The notes below the pieces were generated by a model that saw only the letters and a list, made by a program, of their open reading frames with translations, was not told the DNA's origin and made no database searches. A stretch of DNA of 64,000 nucleotides from Planctomycetota bacterium (GTDB taxonomy: Bacteria > Planctomycetota > PLA2 > JAEUHO01), in the NCBI GenBank assembly GCA_050248855.1, contig JBFWRP010000001.1, positions 1 through 64,000 of the forward strand, written 5' to 3'. Both the position numbers and the translations under genes were made by a program. This document shows positions 28,688 to 43,123 of this stretch, piece by piece. How positions within the stretch are numbered: position 1 is the stretch's first letter; each line of letters opens with the position of its first letter.

Positions 28688-29929
28688 ATGCACGGTACCC
28701 GCCGCCTCCTGCTGCTTGCGCTCGGGCTTGTGCTCGCGACGCTCCCTCCCGGCCTCGGCGGCTGCGCCAGCTCGAAGAAGCTGGCCGACGGCGGCCCGGT
28801 GGACGGCCTCGTCTACGGGGTGCTCGGGTTCGATCGCGACCCCCGCTACTACTTCGAGACGCTGCGTGACAGCCACGATCCGCAGAGCGAGGACTTCGCG
28901 TACCGCCTGACCTCCGACACCTACCTCGTCGACAAGAGCGTGGACGCCGCGGGCCGGCTGGGGGGCGTCGACTACAGCCGCCTCGAGGGGCAGGCCCAAG
29001 CCGCCGTCCTCCTGTCGAATGTGCTGCTGGAGGACCCTGCGGCGCTCGCACGGACCCAGGCGGCCTCGAGCCTCACGCAGATGGGCCTGAAGCTGCCGCG
29101 CTATCCGCGGCCGCCCGGTCAGCGCGAGCGCATCGAGCGCGGTGACAACCTGTTGGCCGCGCTGCGCGAGCTCGATGCCATGCATGTCGGGCCGCAGGGT
29201 CCGCTGCGCGACCCCGCGTACGCACCGCGTCGCCTGTTCCTCGTACGCGCCATGGGCGACATGAACATCGTCGACCTGGAGATCGCCCGCGACGCCGTGC
29301 GCCCCTTCACGACGCGCGGCTACCTGATCGACGCCACCGATCCGAGCCTGCGCACGGCCACGGACACGGCGCTCGTCAAGCGCATGGCGGACCTGGTCCG
29401 GCTGTCGCTGCAGGCGGCCCTGGACGCGCCGTACGACCACGTGCGGCGCGAAGCCCTGATCGGCCTCAAGCTGCTCGGCGACCGCCGGTCGGAAGATGCC
29501 GTGCTCACGCGCTTGCCGCTGGAGCCCGACTGGCAAGTGCGGGCCGAGGCCATCGAGTACCTGGGGAAGATGGCCTCGGAGAAGGGCGTCGAGGCGCTCC
29601 TCCCGCTGCTGGAGGATGGCGACCCCACGCTCCGGCACAAGGCCCGCCAGGCGCTGGTGCGCATTGCGGGACGCGACCTCGGCCGCGAGCGCAGCGCGTG
29701 GACCTCGTGGGCCGAGGCGCGCTACCCGGAGCTGGCCGAGCGCGCTGCCGAGCGCCGCGCGGCCCGCGAGCGCGCCGAGGACGGCTCCGTTCCGCCGCCC
29801 ACCGCCCCCGACCCCGCCACGCCGCCCGCGCCGGGTCCGGTGGACGATCTGCCCTCGGCCGACGACGTGCTTCCCCCTGCGGACGACGTGCTGCCGCCGG
29901 CAGACGACGTCCTGCCCCCGGGGCCGTGA
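28688..29929 (+). CDS. HEAT-repeat lipoprotein with acidic Pro-rich repeat tail
   Basis: Lipobox-like GLGGC; VRREALIGL, WQVRAEAIEYLG and LLEDGDPTLRHKARQAL; tail (DDVLPPA)x3. Confidence 0.8.
   Translation: MHGTRRLLLLALGLVLATLPPGLGGCASSKKLADGGPVDGLVYGVLGFDRDPRYYFETLRDSHDPQSEDFAYRLTSDTYLVDKSVDAAGRLGGVDYSRLEGQAQAAVLLSNVLLEDPAALARTQAASSLTQMGLKLPRYPRPPGQRERIERGDNLLAALRELDAMHVGPQGPLRDPAYAPRRLFLVRAMGDMNIVDLEIARDAVRPFTTRGYLIDATDPSLRTATDTALVKRMADLVRLSLQAALDAPYDHVRREALIGLKLLGDRRSEDAVLTRLPLEPDWQVRAEAIEYLGKMASEKGVEALLPLLEDGDPTLRHKARQALVRIAGRDLGRERSAWTSWAEARYPELAERAAERRAARERAEDGSVPPPTAPDPATPPAPGPVDDLPSADDVLPPADDVLPPADDVLPPGP
29861..29923 (+). repeat. Three coding 21-bp tandem units (DDVLPPA/G)
   Basis: gacgacgtgcttccccctgcg / gacgacgtgctgccgccggca / gacgacgtcctgcccccgggg. 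Confidence 0.85.
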
Positions 29930-29984
29930 AGGCCGTCATGGGACCCACTGCGTGACCGAGGCCACGACGCGACGTCGCGGGCTC

Positions 29985-31172
29985 ATGCGCTGGCTGCGCC
30001 TGCTCGCGCTGGTGGGCGTCGTCCTGCTGCTCGCGCGGATGGTGCACTGGCACGACCGCATCGAAGCGCCGGACGGGAGCGTGCTCGAGGGCCGCATCAC
30101 GCGCTGGGCCGAGGACGGCGCACGCATCGAGACGACCGACGGACGCGGCGTCGACGTGACCGTCGCCCCCGATGCCAAGGGCCGGCGTCCACGCGTCGCC
30201 TACGGGTTGGCGAGCACCATGCGGCGGCTGGGCGAGCACCCGGGTCGGATCGCCGTCGTGGCCCTGGCCCTGGCCGTGCTGGTCGCCATGACCGCTTGGC
30301 GCTGGCACGCCCTGGTGGCGGCCATCGGGCTCAGGCTCTCGCGCTGGCGTGCGCTGGGACTGACGTGGATCGGGGGCTTCTTCAATCTGGCCGTGCCGGG
30401 CTCGACCGGTGGCGACGTCGTCAAGGCTTGGTACGTCGCCAAGGACACGGGGGCCGGTCCGCGCGCCGTGCTCACCGTCTTCGTGGACCGCGTCATCGGA
30501 CTGGTGGCGTTGGTGTTCCTGGCGGCGCTCGTGCTGGCCGTGCAGCCTGCCGGAGACGGGCAGAGCGCGGCGCGGCACGTGGTCCTGGTCGCCGGTGCCG
30601 CGATGCTCGTGGGCGGCTCCCTGTTCCTCGTGCGGCCGCTCCGGCGGCGCCTGGGGCTCGGTCGCCTGGTGGCGCGCTTGCCGTTCCAGAACGTGGTGGC
30701 CGAGCTCCGGGCGGGTCTCACGCTGTACCGCCGCCGCCCTCTTGCGTTGGCTGGCGCGCTGGGCATCTCGCTGGTGAACCACGCCGGCGCCGCCCTGGCC
30801 GTGGCCGCGCTCGCCGACGCGCTCGACATCCAGGGCGCCACGCCCGCAGCGTGCTTGGCCGCGGTCCCGTTGGCCAACCTGCTGAGTGCGATCCCGCTGG
30901 CGCCGGGCGGCTGGGGTGTGGGGGAGTGGGCCTTCGCGACCTTCCTGGCGCCCCACGGCGTGGCCGCGACCGAGGCCGTCACGTTGTCCATCGTCTACCG
31001 TTTCATGACGCTCGCGGCGAACGCACCCGGCGGCCTCTTGTGGGCCTCGTGGCGGACGCCGATCGATCCCGACGACATCCGCGCCGACGTGGAAGCGGCT
31101 GCCTTGCAGGCCGCCCACGACATCGAGGCCCACGCGCCCGAGGAGGACCCGTCCGATGCCGAACGCCGCTGA
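29985..31172 (+). CDS. Lysylphosphatidylglycerol-synthase-TM (UPF0104/YbhN-like) flippase-domain membrane protein
   Basis: AWRWH.L, IG.FFN..VPGSTGGDVVKAWY, VFVDRVIGL, IPLAPGGWGVGE and S.VYR. Start could be the GTG at 29952. Confidence 0.87.
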   Translation: MRWLRLLALVGVVLLLARMVHWHDRIEAPDGSVLEGRITRWAEDGARIETTDGRGVDVTVAPDAKGRRPRVAYGLASTMRRLGEHPGRIAVVALALAVLVAMTAWRWHALVAAIGLRLSRWRALGLTWIGGFFNLAVPGSTGGDVVKAWYVAKDTGAGPRAVLTVFVDRVIGLVALVFLAALVLAVQPAGDGQSAARHVVLVAGAAMLVGGSLFLVRPLRRRLGLGRLVARLPFQNVVAELRAGLTLYRRRPLALAGALGISLVNHAGAALAVAALADALDIQGATPAACLAAVPLANLLSAIPLAPGGWGVGEWAFATFLAPHGVAATEAVTLSIVYRFMTLAANAPGGLLWASWRTPIDPDDIRADVEAAALQAAHDIEAHAPEEDPSDAERR

Positions 31173-32109
31173 CGCCGCCGCCACGCCCACGCTCGTGGTG
31201 GTCGGCACGGTTGCCTTCGACGACATCGAGACGCCCGCGGGACGTCGCGACGGCATCCTCGGCGGCAGTGCGACGTACTTCGGCGTGGCGGCGTCGTGGT
31301 TCACGAAGGTCGGCATCGTCGGCGTGATCGGCGAGGACTTCCCCGCGGCCTACCGCGCCGTGCTCGCGCGCCACGACCTGGACCTGGCCGGGCTCGAGGT
31401 CGCCCAGGGCGGCAAGACCTTCCACTGGTCCGGTCGCTACGAGGGCACGATGAACGAGGCGCAGACGTTGGTCACCGACCTGAACGTGCTGGAGACCTTC
31501 GCGCCCAAGCTGCCGGCAGCGTTTCGCAAGACGCCCTACGTGTTCCTGGCCAACACCGACCCGCGCATCCAGGCGAGCGTGCTGGACCAGCTCGCATCGC
31601 CCACGCTGGTCGTCATGGACACGATGAACCTCTGGATCTCGATTGCCCGCGAGCCCCTTCTTGCCGTGATGAAGCGCGTCGACGGCGTGATCCTCAACGA
31701 CCAGGAGGCGCGCGATCTCTCGGGCCACTCCAACCTCGTCGCCGCGGGACGCTGGATGCTCGAGAACGGCCCGCGCGCTTTCGTCATCGTGAAGAAGGGC
31801 GAGCACGGCAGCTTCCTCTTCAGCAAGGAGCGCCTTCTCGCGCTCCCGTCCTTCCCGCTGGACCAGGTCGTGGACCCGACGGGCGCCGGCGACAGCTTTG
31901 CCGGCGGCGTGATGGGCTGGCTGGCCGGCCACGATGTCGCAGCGGACGGCCCGCCCACGCCGCGCGAGCTGGCCGAAGCCATGCTCCGCGGCACCGTCGT
32001 CGCTTCCCACACGGTCAGCGACTTCGGCCTCGACCGCCTCGGCCATCTCCTGCCCGACCAGATCGAGCAGCGCGCCGCCGAGTTCCGCACCTTCCTGACG
32101 CTTCCGTAG
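31156..32109 (+). CDS. PfkB family carbohydrate/nucleoside kinase
   Basis: VVGTVAFDDIETP, LGGSATYF, DTMNLWI, KKGEHG and DPTGAGDSFAGG. Confidence 0.93.
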   Translation: MPNAADAAATPTLVVVGTVAFDDIETPAGRRDGILGGSATYFGVAASWFTKVGIVGVIGEDFPAAYRAVLARHDLDLAGLEVAQGGKTFHWSGRYEGTMNEAQTLVTDLNVLETFAPKLPAAFRKTPYVFLANTDPRIQASVLDQLASPTLVVMDTMNLWISIAREPLLAVMKRVDGVILNDQEARDLSGHSNLVAAGRWMLENGPRAFVIVKKGEHGSFLFSKERLLALPSFPLDQVVDPTGAGDSFAGGVMGWLAGHDVAADGPPTPRELAEAMLRGTVVASHTVSDFGLDRLGHLLPDQIEQRAAEFRTFLTLP

Positions 32110-32261
32110 GCAGCGTCCCGGGAGGCAACCGTGCATCCTTCGCTTGCGCGCCGATCATCGTCATGGCTGCTCGCGCTGATCCTCGCCTCCCCGGGCGCCG
32201 CCCTCCTCCAGGGGCGCGTCGGCTTCGCCGGCGAGGACAGGGGACCGGGCGGCCCGCCGGG

Positions 32262-32429
32262 CCATGCTGCGCGGGCACGCCCCGCTTGCCGCGGACGATC
32301 TCGTTCACGCGCTGCACGGGGACCCCGAGGTGCGCGGCCAGTGCGACCTACGTGATACCCATGGGCTCAAAAAAGCTCATGCAGGAGGATCTGTCCCGGG
32401 TGGGTGGGAAGGCGGCGTGTGGGACGCAT
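32262..32429 (-). pseudogene. higA: Decayed HigA-family (addiction-module antidote, XRE HTH) antitoxin gene
   Basis: MRPTRRLPTHPGQILLHE, then a frameshift at a T6 run, then EPMGIT*VALAAHLGVPVQRVNEIVRGKRGV. This matches the HigA pattern P.HPGE.L.EEF..P.GITQ..LA..LGV...R.NEIV.GKR. Confidence 0.85.
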
Positions 32430-32470
32430 TGCGAGATCGTACGTACGTCGCTCGCGAAATGCCGTACGGA

Positions 32471-32553
32471 GGCGGGGATTCCTTCCGCAACTTGCCGATC
32501 GTCTTCCCATCGGCGCCCGCCCAAGGCGGCAAGCTGCGGAAGAAATCCCCGCC
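32471..32553 (-). repeat. 27-bp-arm inverted repeat (long hairpin)
   Basis: GGCGGGGATTCCTTCCGCAACTTGCCG (32471-32497) pairs with CGGCAAGCTGCGGAAGAAATCCCCGCC (32527-32553) at 25/27 positions. Both mismatches are C-A on + and G-U on -. Confidence 0.88.
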
Positions 32554-32559
32554 ACCTCC

Positions 32560-32643
32560 GCCCTTCAGGCGAGGATGCGCGCCGTCGCCGTTCTCCGAGC
32601 TTGTCACCCGTCCCGCGGCAAGCAACGCATCCGCCTGAAGGGC
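32560..32643 (-). repeat. 84-bp palindromic extragenic element, copy A
   Basis: Ends GCCCTTCAGGC...GGATGCG / CGCATCC GCCTGAAGGGC; aligns without gaps to the reverse complement of 42873-42956. Confidence 0.88.
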
Positions 32644-32708
32644 AGCAACGCGCATCCGCCGTGCTCCAAGCGTTTGAGCGGTCCCCCGGCTGAGGCCGGA
32701 GGCACCAT

Positions 32709-33860
<1,152 letters not shown>

Positions 33861-34060
33861 CGTGCACCTCCTTCATGAGGACGCCGTCGCGACGACCTCG
33901 TGCTTCACGCCCGACGCGAAGCACACTGGATCCTTCGAATCCCCGCCTGTCGGGAAACCGCTACCTGTTGGGAAGCCTCTCCTGCCGACCCGACCTGCGT
34001 CGTGGCCTCGCAAAGGCCGCGTCGTCGGTCACTTCCGAGGACGCGCGGGCGCCGTGGCGC

Positions 34061-34660
34061 CTACGTGTCCTCGCCCTCGTCGCCGAGGTGGATCGTTGTT
34101 AGGTTCTTGTAACGGTACTCCCTCGAGGCTGGATCGGAAGAAATAAGTGCGAGGAGGGACAGGATTGCCTCGGGCCCCTGATCGTGGGGCGTGGAAGGCG
34201 CTGCCCGGACGGCTTCGACGGTGGCGGCGGCGGGCCGACCGCGCAGGCGGCCCAGCGTGACGTGGGGCTGCCAGCGCCGTCGCTCGCGTGGGAAGCCCAG
34301 CTCCTCCAGCTCGAGGCCGATGCGCTCGTGCAGCCCCGCCAGGATGTCGGCGCCCGAGAGGTCGAGCACCGGGGCGTGGACGACGCGGGCCCGGGCCGCA
34401 TCGGGGAAGGCGCCGAGTCCCGGACAGCTGACGGGGATCGGCGGCGTGTCCGCCGCGGCCCGCTCCAGGGCCTTGGCGATGCGGTGGACGTCCTCGATCC
34501 AGGTGTCGCCGAGGAAGGCGAGCGTCAGGTGCATGTGCTCGGCCGCCGGGACGGCGAGGGCCGGGTCGTGCTCGGCGAGCGCCGCGGCGCGGTCGGCAAG
34601 CTCGTCGGCCAGGGAGCGCGGGAGCTCGAGGGCGACGAAGGTGCGAAGCGGTCGGGCCAT
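34061..34660 (-). CDS. thpR: RNA 2',3'-cyclic phosphodiesterase (2H family)
   Basis: RTFVALEL, HLTLAFLG, GLGAFP and PHVTLGR (two HxT motifs); lies directly upstream of recA. Confidence 0.92.
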   Translation of the reverse strand: MARPLRTFVALELPRSLADELADRAAALAEHDPALAVPAAEHMHLTLAFLGDTWIEDVHRIAKALERAAADTPPIPVSCPGLGAFPDAARARVVHAPVLDLSGADILAGLHERIGLELEELGFPRERRRWQPHVTLGRLRGRPAAATVEAVRAAPSTPHDQGPEAILSLLALISSDPASREYRYKNLTTIHLGDEGEDT

Positions 34661-34792
34661 GGGGGCACGGTAGCGCTGGCAGGCTCGGTCCCGGAGAGAC
34701 AACCACGACCGCTCGGCGGGGAGCGCACTCCGATCGCACGGCGTGTTGCGGCCTACGTGCTACCGTCGCCTGCTTCCCCTCGGAGACGCCCC

Positions 34793-37507
<2,715 letters not shown>

Positions 37508-37558
37508 GACCCGGCCTGGGCCTGCACCTACGTCGGCGGGCTGCCGTAGCGTCCGGGC

Positions 37559-38047
37559 GTGGAGATCCTGCTCTACGTCGGACTCGTGCTCCTCGGCTTC
37601 GCGGCCGGGACGCTGGGCAGCCTGCTCGGTCTGGGCGGGGGCTTCCTCGTGGTGCCGGCGCTGATCCTCCTGCGCGGGATGGACGACCGCGTGGCCACGG
37701 GCACGTCGATCGCCGTCATCGTCCCGGCCATGCTGACGGCCCTCTGGCGCCGCGGCGCGCAGGGCGACATCGACGTGGCCGTCGCGGCCTGGGTGGCGGT
37801 GGGCGCGGTGGGGGGCGCGTTCCTGGGCAGCCACATCGCCCGGACCATCGACCCGACCCTGCTCAGGCGCCTCTTCGCGGGCATCCTCGTGGTGCTGGCC
37901 GTCGTCCTCCTCACGAAGAAGCCACCCGAGCCGGCGACCGGGCCGGCGACCGCCGGCGCCTCGGACGGCGGTCCGCCGTTGCCGGCGCCGGCTCCCGGCG
38001 CCTCGCCCGACGGCCCGGGCCCACCGGTGACGCCGCGCCGTTCTTGA
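37559..38047 (+). CDS. Sulfite exporter TauE/SafE (TSUP) family half-size membrane protein
   Basis: [30 protein letters not shown] and LRRLFA. Confidence 0.85.
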   Translation: MEILLYVGLVLLGFAAGTLGSLLGLGGGFLVVPALILLRGMDDRVATGTSIAVIVPAMLTALWRRGAQGDIDVAVAAWVAVGAVGGAFLGSHIARTIDPTLLRRLFAGILVVLAVVLLTKKPPEPATGPATAGASDGGPPLPAPAPGASPDGPGPPVTPRRS

Positions 38048-38179
38048 CCCCCTTTCGGGGGCGTCCTACCTTCCTCGGCTCGACCGCGCGGGCGCGGTCC
38101 GTCCACGAAACCAGTTCCACGCCTCCGCGATCGGGCCCACGGCGCCCCGGGAGGTGGGATCCACGAAGGAGGCGCGGCC

Positions 38180-38362
38180 ATGGCCGTCCCGATGCGCAAG
38201 GTAGGCAAGCGCCGCAAGCGGATGCGCGCCTCCCATCATGGTCTCGCGCTTCGCCACCTGCGTCCGTGCGCCCAGTGCGGGCAGCCGGGTCCGTCGCACC
38301 GCGTGTGCGGCAACTGCGGTCACTACGCCGGGCGCGAGGTCATCGACAAGGAAACGGACTGA
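38180..38362 (+). CDS. rpmF: 50S ribosomal protein L32 (zinc-ribbon type)
   Basis: MAVP.RK....KRMR.SH, CAQCG....HRVC.NCGHY.GREV; AAGGAGG SD. Confidence 0.96.
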   Translation: MAVPMRKVGKRRKRMRASHHGLALRHLRPCAQCGQPGPSHRVCGNCGHYAGREVIDKETD

Positions 38363-38433
38363 CCCGCCGTGACTCGCGCGGCGTCCCCCTCGCGCGCGCG
38401 AACCGGGTGCGCGCGTGTCCGGAGCGTTGACTC

Positions 38434-39477
38434 GTGATCCGCATCGCGCTCGACGCGATGGGTGGGGATCGAGCCCCTGCAGCGGCCGTGGCCGGTGCGT
38501 GGCTCGCGCTGGCCGACCACGACGACATCGAGGTCGTGCTTGTCGGGGACCCGGCCAAGATCGCGACCGCGCGTGATGCCGCCGGCGAGCTGACGGAGGC
38601 CCAAGCCGCGCGCGTGCGGGTGCATGACGCGCCCGAGGTGGTCGCCATGGGCGACGACCCCGTGCGAGCCATCCGCAAGAGCCCCAAGGTCAGCGCGCGC
38701 GCTTGCGTCGAGCTGCTCCGCCACGGGGACGTCGACGGCGTCGTCAACTTCGGCAGCACGGGAGCCGCCGTGGCCGCGGCCACGCTGTACGGCCGACGCC
38801 TGGAGGGCGTCAAGCGTCTGGGCATCGCCGTCCCCTTCCCGCGGCCGAACGGCGTGACCGTCCTGCTCGACGGCGGCGCCAACCCCGACGCCAGCGCGGA
38901 CGAGCTCTACCAGTACGCCGTGATGGGCCGGCACTACGTGCGCGCGGCCTTCGACATCGCCGCGCCGCGCGTCGGCATCCTCTCGATCGGTGAAGAGGAG
39001 CACAAGGGCAACCGCCTGGTGCACGAGACCTGGGAGCGCTTCCGCGCCCGCCCGATCGAGCCCTTCGTCGGCAACGTCGAGCCGCGTGAGCTGTTCGACG
39101 ATCGCGCCGACGTGGTGGTCTGCGACGGCTTCGTCGGCAACATCGCGCTGAAGGCGGCGGAAGGCATGGCGGAGTTCGCGCTCGGCTGGCTCGCTCCGCA
39201 GATGGCCCAACGCCAGATCGCCAGCACGAAGGAGCTGCTCCGCGGCCTCGCCCAGCGCATCGACTACAGCCAGTACGGCGGCGCGCCGCTGCTCGGCGTG
39301 GACGGCGGCTACGTGATCGGCCACGGGCGCAGCGGGCCGGAGGCCTTCCGCAACGGCCTCAAGCTGGTCCGCACCTACGTCCTCGGCGAGGTGGGCGCAC
39401 GCATCGTGGAGGAGCTGCGCGAGGCCGCGGCCACGTCGGCGCAGGGCGCGGCCGCCGCGGAGGACGGCGTCTCGTGA
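38434..39477 (+). CDS. plsX: Phosphate acyltransferase PlsX
   Basis: IALDAMGGD.AP, LLD.GAN, IGEE..KG, DVVVCDGFVGN..LK..EG, YGGAPLLGV and GHG.S. Confidence 0.96.
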   Translation: MIRIALDAMGGDRAPAAAVAGAWLALADHDDIEVVLVGDPAKIATARDAAGELTEAQAARVRVHDAPEVVAMGDDPVRAIRKSPKVSARACVELLRHGDVDGVVNFGSTGAAVAAATLYGRRLEGVKRLGIAVPFPRPNGVTVLLDGGANPDASADELYQYAVMGRHYVRAAFDIAAPRVGILSIGEEEHKGNRLVHETWERFRARPIEPFVGNVEPRELFDDRADVVVCDGFVGNIALKAAEGMAEFALGWLAPQMAQRQIASTKELLRGLAQRIDYSQYGGAPLLGVDGGYVIGHGRSGPEAFRNGLKLVRTYVLGEVGARIVEELREAAATSAQGAAAAEDGVS

Positions 39478-40421
39478 CGGCCTCCACGGCTCTCGTCTTC
39501 CCGGGCCAAGGGGCCCAGCACGTCGGCATGGGCGTCGACGTGGCCGAGGCCTGGCCCGCGGCCCGCCAGGTCTTCGACCTGGCCAGCGACGTGCTCGGCC
39601 TGGACCTGCTCGCCGTGTGTCGCGACGGTCCTGCCGACGAGCTCGTGCGAACCGACCTGCAGCAGCCCGCCATCCTGGCGGTCGGCGCTGCGGTCACCGA
39701 GGCGCTGCGCTCCACGGGCGCCTTGCGGGACGAGGAGCTCGTCTGCACCCTCGGCCTGTCGCTGGGCGAGTTCACGGCGCTCTGGGCCGCTGGGGCGCTG
39801 GACCTCGCCGATGCGCTGCGCCTCGTGCGCGAGCGCGGCCTGGGGATGCAAGAGGCCAGCGAGGCCGTGCCGAGCGGCATGCTGGCGCTGCGCGCCGAGG
39901 TGCCGGCCGCCGAGGCGCTCTGCGCGGCGGCGCGCGAGGCCACGGGCGGCGTGCTCGTCGTGGCCAACCTGAATGCTCCAGGCCAGGTCGTCATCAGCGG
40001 CGACCTGACCACGATCGAAGCCGCCGAGCAGGTGGCTGGCGAGCACGGCATCCGCCGGCCCACGCGTCTGCCGGTGGCCGGCGCCTTCCACAGCCCGCTC
40101 ATGCAGCCCGGTGCCGACCGCTTGGCACGCGTGCTGGAGGGCGTGGAGGTGCGCACGCCGCGCGTGCCCGTGATCAGCAACGTGACCGCCGCGCCCACGG
40201 CGGACCCGGCCGCGATCCGCCAGCAGCTGATCGACCAGGTCACGCATCCGGTGCGCTTCGTGGAGTGCGTGGAGTCGGCCGTGAAGGCAGGCGTCACGCG
40301 CATCGTCGAGCCTGCGCCGGGCCGCGTGCTCGGCAGCCTCGTGCGGCGCATCGCCCCCGAGGTCGAGGTGGTCGGCGCGCCGGACGCAGACGGTGTGCGT
40401 GCAGCAGGAGGCATGGCATGA
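39474..40421 (+). CDS. fabD: Malonyl-CoA:ACP transacylase
   Basis: FPGQGAQ.VGMG, QPAI, GLSLGEF, R...MQ, AN.N.PGQ.VISG and L.VAGAFHSPLM. Confidence 0.96.
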   Translation: MTASTALVFPGQGAQHVGMGVDVAEAWPAARQVFDLASDVLGLDLLAVCRDGPADELVRTDLQQPAILAVGAAVTEALRSTGALRDEELVCTLGLSLGEFTALWAAGALDLADALRLVRERGLGMQEASEAVPSGMLALRAEVPAAEALCAAAREATGGVLVVANLNAPGQVVISGDLTTIEAAEQVAGEHGIRRPTRLPVAGAFHSPLMQPGADRLARVLEGVEVRTPRVPVISNVTAAPTADPAAIRQQLIDQVTHPVRFVECVESAVKAGVTRIVEPAPGRVLGSLVRRIAPEVEVVGAPDADGVRAAGGMA

Positions 40422-41161
40422 GCGGGTCCTTCGACGGCGTCTCGGTCCTCGTGACCGGGGGCACCCGCGGCATCGGCCGCGCCCTCGTGGCCGCCTTCGC
40501 GCGCGAGGGCGCCAAGGTCACGTTCACCGGCACCAACCCCGGAGCCGCCGAGGAGGCGGTCGCGGCGAGCGGCCATCCCGACCTCGTGAAGGCCGTCATG
40601 GCCGACGTGCGCGACGCGTCGGCCGCCGATGCGGCCGTCAGCGCCGCCGTGGAGCACGGGGGCGGCCTGGACGTGGTGGTGAACAACGCCGGGATCACGC
40701 GCGACGGCTTGTTCCTGCGCATGGGCGAGGACGACTGGGACGCCGTCATGGGCGTCAACTTGAAGGGCTCGTTCCTGGTGACGAAGGCCGCCGCACGTCG
40801 GCTCATGAAGAGCGCACGCGGTCGCGTCATCAACATCACCTCGGTGGTGGGCCTCGTCGGCAACGCCGGCCAGGTCAACTACTCCGCCAGCAAGGCCGGG
40901 CTCGTGGGCTTCACCAAGTCCCTGGCTCGCGAGCTGGCCGGTCGGGCCGTGACGGTCAACGCCGTCGCGCCCGGCTACATCGAGACGGACATGACGGCCG
41001 AGCTTCCCGAGGGCGCCGCCCAGGAGCTGAAGGCCCGCATTCCGTTGGGTCGCCTGGGGACGGTCGACGACATCGCCGAAGTCGTCCTGTTCCTGGCATC
41101 GCCGGCCGCGGGCTACATCACCGGACAGGTGATTCCTGTGGACGGCGGCATGGTCATGTAG
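40418..41161 (+). CDS. fabG: 3-oxoacyl-ACP reductase
   Basis: VTGGTRGIG, NNAGITRD, GNAGQVNYSASKAG, NAVAPGYIETDMT and YITGQVI.VDGGM. Confidence 0.97.
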   Translation: MSGSFDGVSVLVTGGTRGIGRALVAAFAREGAKVTFTGTNPGAAEEAVAASGHPDLVKAVMADVRDASAADAAVSAAVEHGGGLDVVVNNAGITRDGLFLRMGEDDWDAVMGVNLKGSFLVTKAAARRLMKSARGRVINITSVVGLVGNAGQVNYSASKAGLVGFTKSLARELAGRAVTVNAVAPGYIETDMTAELPEGAAQELKARIPLGRLGTVDDIAEVVLFLASPAAGYITGQVIPVDGGMVM

Positions 41162-41245
41162 GACAACCTGGGCCCGACCGTCCGCCCAGACCGCCCGTGG
41201 CGGGAGGGGGGGAGGCGGGACGAGCCGGAACGAGGAGCAAGAGCC

Positions 41246-41494
41246 GTGGGCAGTGACATCAAGGACAAGGTCATCAAGATCGTCTGCGAGCAGCTGGGCC
41301 AGCCCGAGGACAAGGTGACCGAGGAGACCTCGTTCATCAACGACCTGGGCGCCGACAGCCTCGACACGGTCGAGCTGGTGATGGAGCTCGAGGACCAGTT
41401 CGAGCTGAGCATCCCGGACGAAGAGGCCGAGAAGATCAAGACCGTCGGTGACGCCATCCGCTTCATCGAGGAGAACCTGGAGAAGAAGAGCTAG
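41246..41494 (+). CDS. acpP: Acyl carrier protein
   Basis: [19 protein letters not shown] and [13 protein letters not shown]. Confidence 0.97.
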   Translation: MGSDIKDKVIKIVCEQLGQPEDKVTEETSFINDLGADSLDTVELVMELEDQFELSIPDEEAEKIKTVGDAIRFIEENLEKKS

Positions 41495-41496
41495 CG

Positions 41497-42780
<1,284 letters not shown>

Positions 42781-42872
42781 GGCCCGTCTGGAAGCACTCC
42801 GTCGCGAGGGCACCAGGGCCGAAGCGAGCCACGGGCGCGACGGGACTCCGAGCCGGCGGCGAGCGTGATGTT

Positions 42873-42956
42873 GCCCTTCCGGCGGATGCGTTGCTTGCCG
42901 GGGAGCTGCCCACCCATCCGCAGAACGGCGACTGCGCGCATCCCTGCCGGAAGGGC
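42873..42956 (+). repeat. 84-bp palindromic extragenic element, copy B
   Basis: GCCCTTCCGGC GGATGCG...CGCATCC..GCCGGAAGGGC; homologous to 32560-32643. Confidence 0.88.
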
Positions 42957-43123
42957 CCGTCCGAACGGTCCTCGGAGGCATGCGTCCTGGCGATGCGCGA
43001 AGGAGGCGGGAAGCCGGGGCCCCGTCTTCCTCGTCCCTTGCCCTTGCGGTGGGGGGCGGCTTCCTCGTCCGTGAGATGCGTGCGACAACGGCGGGGGCGC
43101 GGGAGGGGCGCGTGGAGGCCGGC

